From positions 4,898,001 through 4,962,000 of the forward strand of contig OZ059899.1 of the NCBI GenBank assembly GCA_964057225.1: 64,000 bases of DNA, in the 5' to 3' direction. Source of the stretch: Auanema rhodensis. Taxonomy: Eukaryota > Animalia > Nematoda. Below, in pieces: positions 17,296-29,316 of the stretch. Under the pieces are notes generated by a model. It was not told where the DNA came from, searched no databases, and worked only from the letters and a program-made list of their open reading frames with translations. The number at the start of each line of letters is the position of its first letter. Positions within the stretch are counted from its first letter, which is position 1. Both the position numbers and the translations under genes were made by a program.

Positions 17296-17434
17296 AATGT
17301 TTAGAATTTTCCATGCAATAATCTTAATATTTTAGTATATGATTTAGTACTGCACATTAAAAACATTAACAGGTAAGTAAAAAAAATGTTAAAACACTGG
17401 ATTAAGTATCCCGAGCGCCTATATTATTTGAGCC

Positions 17435-18485
17435 TTAGATTCGTCGATTTCTTAGTCTATGAGATACAGGCTCTTCTTCGTGAGCAGCTAATTCTTCCTT
17501 ATTACCTAAATTATCTATATACACTAATATCTGAACAATAAAAACTTACGCGAACGTCTGGAGACCTGAACTTGTTTTTTCATTTCAGCTTCTCTTCTTT
17601 CATCTCTTTCACTTTTTTCTCTTCTTAACAGTGCAATGCGGGCTTCAACCTGAGCTTTACGCGCTTGTTGCATATTATCCAAATTATCATGAGTATCATT
17701 TTCAGATCTTCCAAAACTAGAATATTTAGAAAATTAGTCAACATAAAACTCGAACCCGATTCCAAGAGGATCTATTCCGAAACTAATATCCTCGTAATCT
17801 TCTTCGTCGCTTATATTCGACAAATCCTAGAATGGATTCACGATTTTGAAGAATATAATCTAGAACTTTACCCAAAATTGGACAAAGCTATTATTTTTAT
17901 ATTCTATGAGATGTTTAAGTTCCCGTTCATCCAAATGATCAAGCGTAGCTTGGGTACGTTGTTTTGCTATATATTACAAAAATTAGAATCTATAATATGC
18001 AAAGCCGAATAATACCCGGGTAAAAGTCCAGAAACTGCTCAACAACTCTATTAATTAAATAATCTCTTGAGAGATCGTTTATTGGCCATCGACACTAAAT
18101 AAATATCGTTCTAACAGTAAAAATATAAGAATTACCTTAGGACAATCATTATTTGTACTACTCCATTCATAAATACAAGCAGCACAGAATTTATGATTGC
18201 AGGGACTAACACTGAAAACACATAAACCATCAAAAGTAAAATAAGAATTAGTTACTTGACAGCATTATGAAGTACTTCTAAACATATATCACAATCCAAA
18301 GTTCCTTCCTCGAGAAAGCATCCCGAAGCTTCGTTATCATTTGCTTTAGAAACCTTTGAAACTTTCGTATCGACATTTGGTTTAGGTGTTGCTGCACATT
18401 TTCGCACGGCGGCACGGCAAACCTGAAAAAAAAAATTCAAAGTAAATCAATATGGATAAATTACTTTTCTGCTTACAGGTCGCAT
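17435..18485 (-). CDS. C3HC4 RING E3 ligase, CHFR/RNF8-like RING without FHA
   Basis: LDCDICLEVLHNAV|SVSPCNHKFCAACIYEWSSTNNDCPK|CRWPINDLSRDYLINRVVEQFL, then a charged coiled-coil tail. Confidence 0.8.
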
Positions 18486-18819
18486 ATTTCAATGGGATCT
18501 ATTTCTGAAATTGAAAAAAAGTATAACCACTCACATAACAAATGAAATACGAAAATGAAGTAGCAAACGGCACAAACCGTACACAATTAAAGACAAAACA
18601 ATAAAAAAAAATTTCTCAGTTAGTATAGAATTTGAATTACAGAAAAACCACAGATTTTAATATGACATTTTCAGAAAAGTAATCGATAAACATAAGTTTT
18701 TAGACATTGAATAAGTTCTCATTTTCTGCATGAAAACCACATCGTAAGCTCATTTTAAAAATATAACACGTAATATATTATCTTCTCATCAGTTTTTAAA
18801 AACAATTAATATTAATACT

Positions 18820-19987
18820 CTAGCGCTCCATTATATAAGCACCAAGCCTCCTCCTTCTTCTAATCGAAGGACGAACAGCATTTTCTGTCGGAGTTGTAGG
18901 AGCATCAGCAACAGGCATAGGAATATTATTCCATGTCGCATATTCAATACATATCTGATCGAAATCTCTATCTATACACACAGCCGTTACATGTTGTCGA
19001 CACTAGAATTAAAACACTAATATAAAAAACAGGATAAAACTTTACCCTTGGACAAGTTTTATTTTTTCTTCTCCAACGTAGAAGGCATTCATTACAAAAT
19101 TTGTGCATACATGGAACAGCGCTGTAAGAAATATAATCATACTAAAATATAATAAGGTTGAAATTATATACCTGGAAGCTACTTTCATAACATCCAAACA
19201 TATGGCACAAGATACTAAATTTTCCCGGAACCATGCGGGCTCTACGGTTTTCTCTAGACTTTGTGGCGTGCACGGTCCTGGAGTTGGATTGGGTACACAT
19301 TCAACAGCAGGCTTATTGCAATTTCTTTTTTTGGTAGAGGGTTCCTAACAATTTCTTAGAAAATTGGAAGAATGAATAATTTAAGTTACAGATCGCACGG
19401 GCGTGTCCACTCCTAAAGTTATTGGATTTGTTTGAGTTCCTAAATTATCGTCTTGAGAATTGGTATCTCGAACAATTTGAATATCACGACCCAGCGATCG
19501 ATTACTAGGTGAAGTTTCTTCGGTATACAAAAAATTCTTTTCCCCTTCAAAGAAAAGATAGTTCCCAAACAAATAAGGTTTTAATATGCTACCTATCGAG
19601 AAGTGGGAAGGAGATTGAAGTAGAACGGCCGATCCTGATCCCATAGTAGTTCCCTCGAGAACACATCCCTGTTTCCTAAATAATATCTCTTAGAACATTT
19701 AAGAGATAAACTGACAAACCCGAGAACAATCAGATAAACTCCGCTGTAAGTATAAGCTAATCTTGCATGCATAGGTGATATATCAGAACCATGTATTTCA
19801 ATATAATCAGCTAAAACGAGTGCAGATAAAAGAAATTCAGTAACACGAATTGATATACTTTTTGAAACAAAACAAGAAAAATAAACTAACAGGATCCAGA
19901 GCCTATAGTAATATCACTGTTTCTTTGACCGAGACAAAATTCTTGTCGATTTCCGTCAGCTTCTAATACACAAAACTTGAACTTCAT
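18820..19987 (-). CDS. FHA-like + RING E3 ligase (CHFR/RNF8 architecture)
   Basis: N-terminus ITIGSGS..DYIEIHGSDISPMHARL..GCVLEG is FHA-like. C-terminus CAICLDVMKVAS|SAVPCMHKFCNECLLRWRRKNKTCP|.CR is a RING. Confidence 0.78.
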
Positions 19988-20133
19988 CTAAATATAGATA
20001 ATAGCGAACATTTGGTGATAATGCTATGGAGATACTGCGAGTAGGCCAACACAAAGCTAAGCGGTGAGAATAATCAATACAAGAGATAAAACGAATTTAT
20101 GCTTAATGAGTTGATGCATTATAGCGTATTATA

Positions 20134-21337
20134 TCAATCTTTCTGAAAATCCTAACAATTAAAAATTTTTAGATATTATTGAACCTGGCTTCAATAATAG
20201 TATCTTCAACTACTCCAAGTAACCTATTCCTTATTGCAGTAGACCACCCCTTTCTTTGGTTTACAACCAATTCATGTGTTATGTTATCAGGCATGGAGAA
20301 AAAAAAATCTTAACAGACTTAGATTATGCTATTGCGAAATCATAAACCCAACCACGATTTGGAAAAGAAAATGTATGGTTCGCTACATAGTGACCGTTCT
20401 TTGTTTTCGTGTGACGCTGCCTAGAATTCACAGCCTAAGGTGCAAAGCGTAACGAAACATATCATTATTTATAATAAACCTGGCATTTTAAAAGACCAAC
20501 ATTTTCTTTTAACATACTGAACCTTGGATTAGCAAAATGGTCCCTAAACACTTCAAAAATAACTTAAGAAGCGATCAGACTACAACACACCTGTAGAGAT
20601 CCCTGGAGAGTATAACTCCTCCTGTCCGTTTAGACAGTTCTAGCATAATAATATCATCAATTATGTTTTTTTGAATCACATGAACAATTTTGGCTCGAAT
20701 TAGGCGCTGAATTAAACAATGCCAGGTAAACAAAACAATATCAAACCCTCATAAGATTCGCAGAATGTTCAATATTCTTATCATTAATATATCCTGTGGA
20801 TAAAACAACACAAACTTCGAAATCATTTTGCAGAAAATATCGTAGAAGAGAAAGACATCCACATATATTTGGTTGTCCTCTAGAAAGAACCCTCCAGACT
20901 ATTATAAGAGCAACTTAAGGTAGGAATAACCTACCGTCCTTTAGTAAGATGCATAAGGTTAGGGCCATCAAAAATTACTAAACGTTTAACTTCATCTTTA
21001 TGGCGGATATTTTGAAGATCCCAATTGGGCCAGTCCAAATTACTAACTTCCAAACCATCCATTCTACTTTAACTCAGTGCTTCACTGTTCATTAAAGATT
21101 TAAAAAAGAGCGAGTTTGAAAATTTAATACATAAGCGAGGTCCGAATCAAGGTCTTGACCAAAAACAAAAATGACTCGAACCTTCTTCCTACTAGCGTAT
21201 AAACTTGTTATCCGGGAATTAATGAGAGGATTGTTTAGAAAATATCGATTACTGCGTATTGTCATTGGTCCAAGGTTAACACCCTTTGAAAATTTACTTT
21301 TACTACTTAGGTGAAGAATTGTCCCTATCGTTTCCAT
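20134..21337 (-). CDS. Zc3h12a/NYN (PIN-like) ribonuclease, RDE-8/NYN/ERI-9 type (5' end uncertain)
   Basis: RLVIFDGPNLMH ... IIDDIIMLELSKRTGGVILSRDLYRDH matches the Regnase-type acidic motifs (DGxN, DD, SxDxYRD). No CCCH finger seen. Confidence 0.75.
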
Positions 21338-22602
21338 AATCTAGGTTAGTGTTAAATTGTTTTGTCGAAATTAGATAATATATCAATTTGGACTTAGATC
21401 AAGACATTTCAATTATCAAACATCAAAGAATATCTACGCCAAATGCTCTTTCTTCGTGACTGCTGTTGTTTCAGTAACTACTCTCAGATCACTCAGCTTG
21501 CTTAAACGCTTCAGAGTATTCAATACTTTGAAACGTTTGGTTAATCAAATTTACAAAAATTCAATGTAAATATCAACAAATTCATGGTTTCCTAATGTTT
21601 ATGAGGTTAATAAGTTTGTTAAAGAAATATATATTGTTTCTTTATGATTTGTTTACCTTTTCTTAATGAATAAACTTTATTCAATATTATTTTTTTATTT
21701 TCCTTTGTTTACAAGCAAGTTTAGAAGCAGAAATATTCTTCTTCAGATGCAATGCTATATTCTCGAAATGTTGCTAGTGGCAGCTAGATATATAGGGGCA
21801 TTTGGACGAATATTGACTGCTAGTGCGCGAAGGGAAAGCGAATGGAACGAGGAGACGCAGACGCCAAAGAAAATAGAAATACTGTGGGAGCGTATGAGAG
21901 TGCTAAACATTGTCTCTCACCCTCGCCTCCTCATCGATAGATAGGAGTCTCGTCGTTGCTTCTTGCGCTTCACTTAAAGAACTATTCTCTATTTGTTTCC
22001 GATTTTCAGTATTATTTTTTTCTTAAATTATTTAAGATATCATAGTTTAGATTTAGTAATTGTAATTTGTTTTACAATTTTCGCTTTATAGTTGCATCCA
22101 TTTTTTTATTAATTCTAACATGTTTAGTCTTAGAATCATTGCTGAACATCGATGAAACTAAAATTAATATCCATCTCAAAACATTTACCTTTAATCGTTT
22201 ATTATAAAAGAGAATAGTCATTAATCACATGATTTACTTCAATCCTATCTTACCCTTTGTTTACGGGTTACGAAGGTTACAACGCTTATCCTGAGAAGCT
22301 ACTCGTACATTTCATTGTCCTATTCAATTTTTTAATTATCATTCTCTAACAGTTTATATTAAGCAAAATTTTTATGCTTTAAAATAAATTTAAATAAGTG
22401 TTTTTCTTAAGATATCGATTTTTGAATATAAGCGGTACTTTTTATATTTGATGTTCCAGTCATATGATTTCTCTATTTATATTTTAATATTGCTTTCGAG
22501 ATAATATTTTGTCTAACAAGTTACGAGTGCTTCATATGTTTGAATGTTTGTATTTGTAGATTTATATTTATAAGTTTGCGCGTGTGATGGAGCTTTATGG
22601 AA

Positions 22603-25600
22603 ATGGAACAGTTTGACGACTTTGAGTATAATAAACGAGACATATTGGGTCATGGAGCTTTTGCTATTGTCTATCAGGGAAGATATATAAAAGTAGGTGT
22701 TTAAACTTATTTTTCTTCAAAGCTCTGCTCATAAGTTTTTCTTGCATTCTGCTTCGGAAATTTGATACATTTTGTAATAGCGCGAGAGCACTTTGTTAAT
22801 GATAGAATTATGTGAGCTTAGAATTATGTGAGTTTTCAGAGAGCAGAGATACCAGTTGCTATAAAATGTATTGGAAAGAAAAATTTATCGAAATCCAAGG
22901 CTTTACTGACTAAGGAAATCAAAATTCTTAAGGTTTGCATCTAATTATAAAAAAAATTATTCGTTAGTTAAATTCAGGAACTTAGCAACCTAAAACACGA
23001 AAACTTAGTTTCTTTATTAAAATGTACTGAAACTAATCAGCATGTGTATCTTGTCATGGAATTTTGTAATGGAGGAGATCTCGCAGATTACCTTACAAAA
23101 AATCAAAAATTATCTGAGGAAACTATCCAACATTTTGTAATTCAGATAGGTTAGTAGCCGAAGTTCTTGTTATAACATTCGTATTTCTAATTTTTAGCAA
23201 GAGCTATGGATGCCATTAATAGTAAAGGTATTGTGCATCGAGATCTCAAACCACAAAACATTTTGCTATGTCACGATGCGAAATCTCCCAACCCACCAGT
23301 AAATGAAATAGGTAAGGCATTTCATCTGTTTCAATTTTAAACAAAAAAGTTTAGTTGTAAAATTGGCTGATTTTGGCTTCGCTCGTTTTCTTAGCGATGG
23401 TGTTATGGCTGCTACATTATGTGGATCTCCTATGTATATGGCTCCTGAGGTATAATAATGTAGAGATTTCTCTTATGACATTGTGCTTTATAGGTCATCA
23501 TGTCTTTACATTACGACGCCAAAGCTGATTTATGGTCGATTGGAACTATCCTTTTTCAATGTTTAACTGGACAAGCTCCTTTCCCTGTGAGTTCACGGAG
23601 TTTTTTACTTTGAGCAAACTATTTTTCTTTCCAGGCATCGACTCCACCAGCTCTGAAAAACTTATATGAGAAGAACAAAGAGTTAATACCAACAATTCCG
23701 GATCATTGCTCTTCTGATTTGAGAGACCTGTTATTACGATTGTTGAAAAGAAATGCCAAAGATAGAATATCCTTTGGTATCTAACATATACTCGAGAAAA
23801 ATCTTTAATTATACATCTTCCAGAGGATTTCTTTAAGCATCCATTTTTACACAAAAAGGTTGTTCCTGCTCGAAGAATCGGATTAGAAAATGCTTCCCCC
23901 GCTGTATCCCGTCGTATCGTTCCACCAGCATCTTCTGCGTTGCCTATTCCCAGAAAATCTGGAAGTAATGCAAAGTTTGAGAGTCCCCAAGCTAGCCACA
24001 GAACGGTATTACAAGTTTTGAATAAAAACATTATGTGAAGCGTTTTTTTTTCAGATTATCGCTTCACCTCAACCTGTTCGTCGTATAAATCCGAATCTTA
24101 ATAATGTTAATGACAGCAATGATTTTACATTCTTACCTCCACTCCAAAACCGACAACATGAACATAATCCTGTCAGACAGGTAATACTTTTTTTGTACCT
24201 TTGATTGATATTGGTATATTTAAAGGTGCAAGTGCACTCAGGGGAATCACCTCTATCAGCTACAGCTGCTGTTAAACCTGTTCCAGTTCCAAGCCAAAGA
24301 AATAATTATTTACGAATTGAGGTGTTTTTTCATTTATTATTTTTAAATTTCTTTCATTTTACATTACGAACCGTACATAACTATTTATTTATAGGAGAGA
24401 CGTCCGAAAGAGTCACATGAAACAAAACCTCATCAACCACATATTCACAACCAAACTCAACATCCTAGTCAACACCAGCAACCATCAAGCACACCACGAA
24501 AGCCTTCAGATCTCCCACCATCACCAATTGAAAATATCAGTTTACCTCATAGTATAAAAAACTTATATATATTAAAACTATTCATGTTTTTGCAGCACAA
24601 TATATAGTTAGAGGAGTGGCAAGCAGGCGATCCGTAGCTGATTTGAGGCAAAGAAATGCATCATGCGCTACGTTTGGGGATACCAACATTCCAGGCCAAG
24701 TGCCAAGTCAAAGTATTATATCATATCGTATTCACTTAGAATCTATGTTTATATTTAAGTTATCCCAAAGTCAGCAACAGTGAACGAGTTATACAATGCA
24801 AATCAGTCCCGTGAAGAAGACTTGGACAATTTAAAATTTTTAGCTGCTGGCCCTGCAGAAGATAATCGACCTTCCGTTGGAAGGTTAGTAGAATGTGTTG
24901 AATGATATTTTTATCTCAAATCAATTTAGTGATATAAGTGAGGATGAAGATGATGATTTACCACACCGTCCTCTCCCATTTACAACGGAGCGCGCAGGTA
25001 AGACATTCTTTTTTAATTGCTAGTTTCTATACCAATGTGTTGTTATACTTTGGAAAGCTTTTTTTTTGAAGATTCTACTCATTCGCAAATGATGGAAAGC
25101 TGTCTCAGTGAGGACCAAACTTCATCATCATCGCTGGGTAACGTTCCAAAAATACGAGAACAAATTTCTGACATTAAGGTATATAATTTTTCTGTATAAA
25201 AATTTAGTTATACTATTTTTCAGTTGGGATCAGTCATGCCTGAATCGCCTCGAAAATATAATGATGAAGAAGGACAGATTCCTCCTCCTCTTGAACAGGA
25301 AACTGTTATGGAAGAAGAGCATAAACAGGTAATAAGTTCATTTCATGTTTTAAAAAAAGCAAAAACATTTATTTGACTATTAAATCAGAATGAGTATTAT
25401 TTGATGAGCAATAACAATGGAGTAGTCGAATAACAAAATTTTAAAGTTCTTTTTTTCAAATTCGTTGTTTGTTATCTTCTGAGAAACAATAAATAATGTT
25501 TGTTTAATTTGAAAAATTTAGATTCTGGCGAAGTTACGATTTGTTGTTGAATTAGTTGATACACTAATGCAAGTTGCGGAGCAAGGAGATAATCCACTTG

Positions 25601-26256
25601 TTGTTGCACTGGGTAACAGAAAGGTACTTTCTATAAAACATTAAACTTAATTTCTAATTGTTTATTGCAGTCCGAACCATCATCTGCCTATCGAAGAGCT
25701 GAACAATTGGTTGTTTATGTGCGTGCTTTGCATATGCTTTCTTCTGCTCTTTTATTGGCACAAAGGAATGTTGCCTCTCGAACCCTGCAACCTTCTGCTG
25801 CTGTTCAGAATGTTTTGAACCTACTCAACGATAAATATCATCAATGCCTTGTTTGTTCTTAGAATTAACTATTTATTGTATAATTTATTACTTATAGGTT
25901 CGATCACAAGAACTTGCTTCACTAGGATTACCCGGCCAAGATCCAGCTATGGCTGTGATTTCCGCAGAAAGGATCATGTATCGTCATGCGATTGAGCTTT
26001 GCCAGGCTGCTGCTCTTGACGAGCTTTTTGGAAATCCACAGCTCTGCAGTCAAAGGTATGCATAAAGTTTAAAATTCTTTTGGTTTAATTTAATCCATCT
26101 TGCAGATATCAAACTGCTTACATGATGCTTCATACATTGTCTGAACAAGTGCATAGCGAGCAAGATAAATCAATACTATCTCGTTATAAAACAGCAGTTG
26201 AGAAAAGATTAAGAATTTTAGAACGGCAAGGGTACGTGACTGCTGTTCAAACATAA
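22603..26256 (+). CDS. unc-51: ULK/Atg1 serine-threonine kinase UNC-51
   Basis: [58 protein letters not shown]-terminal [16 protein letters not shown]...[13 protein letters not shown]. Confidence 0.97.
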
Positions 26257-26878
26257 TTTTGCAAATTCATAATATTTCATGGGTTGCTTCATACTATTTT
26301 GCTGAAGATTTTATATATATTTATAGCTTCCATATATGCATTTTTTTTAGCCGCCCACGGTTTTATTTCAAAGTTTCAAACTGTTTACTTGCCAAGTCAT
26401 GTTCATTGTTTTTTACTAAGTCATTTTCTTTTTTCCTAATGGTGCTAATTTTATTTTGGCATACGGTAATTATTCCCAAAAGGGTTCGAGGATAACCCCC
26501 GTTAAGTTCAAATGTTGATACTAACTTCTATTGAAAAGACCTAGACCACACTTGGGATAGTCCCTAGTATTTGCATCCTTGTACTATTGCTTGTTCTTAT
26601 GTACATATACGCCCATATACAGATATTGCAAAACTCTGACGTTGTGGAAAGATTGTATTAATGCAGTTTACGCAGATACATCACATGACAAACCCATTGA
26701 TTTTGACAGTAAATGTTCTAATAAACTCTGAGATTATCTACACAACAATATTAATAATAATGATAATAATGATAATAATATCTCTGAGATCAAGTACAAT
26801 TAGAATAGTATTGGTCGCGGGATATGACATTTCAAAATAAAATTTAGTAATAAAAAAACTTAGAAAACGATATTAGAC

Positions 26879-28740
26879 TCAGATGACATCATCCTCACTG
26901 TCGTCACTGGCATTAACAAGTAGTCGAGATTCAAGCTGCGAGTACTGAACAGAACCCGTCCACCTTCCGAACTTCACACCGTCTCCAAGGCTGAAACACG
27001 CGGTGAACTGCAGCAACGACGATCGGAAGTAGAGTTCCGTGGAATAGATGGTGGGGTATACAGAGGATCAGCACTCTCGAATTCATATGCCTCGGCGCGG
27101 CCGCGAACTCGGAATACAGACCCACTGCCGTAACTGAAACAAGGGGAAGCCTGTAGATCTCAACCGCAGTTGACTACACTAAACAAACTACACTGCATGA
27201 AAAAACAAAAGTTTTAAGAACAGAGCACGCAATTCAAAAAAATGTGGAGAGAACGCGGTTGAGAACTTGGCACATGCGATGCTCCACAAAGCAAAAAGAC
27301 GAACATAAAGAGGTAACAAGCTGACTAAACTTTTAAGTTATACAAAAGGCAAGATGTTAAGGTTAAACGAAGGCTAGGATACTAAAGTTGAAACACTGTG
27401 CTGGTAAGGGAAATTGTGAAAAACGGCTAGCAAGCAAGTTAGCTATGGTAGACATAGAGATACCCTACCTAGAGTATACGGGAAGAAGCCAAGTCCGCCA
27501 ATTAGATCCGAACACTTCACGATAGTTGGAACGAATACCATGATTGAAGGCATTCTTGTCAGTTCCACCTCGCTCAACCATTGGGGCATGGAAAGACTCT
27601 GAAAGATTCAAAAGTGGGAATAAACAAATTTTTTTTTACCGAGAGTGGTTCGATTCCGAGCTGTTAAATACAGATGATAAAAAAATAAGAAGGAAAGGGA
27701 TATTGCAAACATCCCAGCTACAAACAAGATTAATATGATTTGAAATCCCGCAGACTGAAAAGATTATTTTTGCCTATCGTATCTCAACAAGCTTGCTCAC
27801 GGAAAATTTTCCATTGAACCCTTTCCAGAAATTAATAAAGAAAGGCAGATCTGTTAAAACAACATAAATACAGAAAATAAAACCATACCTAGAAATAAAA
27901 AATAATATCAGAATAAAAAACTAAATAACAAACCCTAAAAAGAGCAAGAAAAATTTATAATTACGGAAGTTTACACAAGTGTTGACCCATGGACAATGAT
28001 GATCGAATTTTCTATGAAAAAACATATTCCAGAAATCTGGAAAAATAACAAAACACTTACAATACACAAACACCACAAATTGAGCAATGATGAGTACGAT
28101 CTGGCTTAATACATTTGCACTTCAAACAATACCGGATTCCTTAAGCAAAAATGAGGGAATCAAAAGCTATAGTTAAACCGTACCTCCATTAAAGGATCGT
28201 GTTACTAAGTTAAGACCAACATGATCCACATATCTTTAAAACTGTATATATATACACGTAAAGTTAATAAGCTAACCGTCTTAAAACATTATTGCATAAT
28301 TCAGGATCTTCTCTACAAGCTTCTAATTCTTCCAAAATTTCAGGTGGTACATAATACTAAAGAATGGTTGTTATTGTTCGCATCTAATACAACATTGCTT
28401 TACCTGACTAGCAGGGATTCCAAGAGGAGTGAAAATTGTTTTAAAGTATGAAATTCCGAATAGTATTAATAATAAGTGAAAGAACACCAAGTATAAAACT
28501 TTTTGAATGGAATTTTCAACTGTCCCTATAAACGTAATGGTGAATGTCTTCAATATTAATAATACAAACATAAGCATAATTGGAAGACATAGGCGTAGTA
28601 TCCCCAACCCAACGCAGCTAAGAGGATACAAACAGGTAGCCATCTTACAATCTAAAACAGTAATACAATAAATATACTATGTTATACTTATAGAAACTTA
28701 CTTGTAAACAAGCAGTCAGACATTTGAGGCAACGGTTCAT
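26879..28740 (-). CDS. DHHC palmitoyltransferase (ZDHHC2/15/20 group), two alternative last exons
   Basis: [53 protein letters not shown] motif, 4 TM segments, NAFNHG..NYREVFG..WLLP. Confidence 0.93.
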
Positions 28741-29316
28741 TTATTTTAGTAGTAGGTTTAATTATGCTGAAATATTTGAATACAAAATTATCATTTCACA
28801 CGAATTAGCAGCCTGAAAACGCGAACACAGTTGAAACTAAAAGTGTGACAATGCTGCATGACTCATGGTATACAAGTGGTGCAAAGATTGAGGACTTCGG
28901 AATAAGCGCAAATAAACGCCACGATATTTCAATAACAATTATTTCCCCGTACAATACTGAACAGGAAATAAGCAAAAATAATGTAATATACATAAAATAA
29001 AAACAATAAGATAAGTTCAAAAACTAACAACAAAACTGAAATTTCTAGATATCGAGCAGGACTTTCCGCAAAGTGTCGTTTTACGTACTTCAGTTTGAAT
29101 TTGACTTTTTCAGTTAAGATTTAAACTAATGGTTTAAACATACTTGTTGTGCTTCTTAAAGCCAGAAACTAAAAATACTATGTGATTCTTTAAATTATAA
29201 AAATATTACTTTTATTTATTCATGTTTATATAACCTTAATTTACTGATTTCTTTAGTTTCCCATGTGAGCGTGTGCTGAAGAGAACATCGTCTAAAAAAA
29301 GAGAGAATTAAAAATA

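Noticed and set aside
23546-24031. 161-aa - strand ORF and many similar short antisense ORFs
   Set aside because: Shadows of real exons on the opposite strand (here unc-51).
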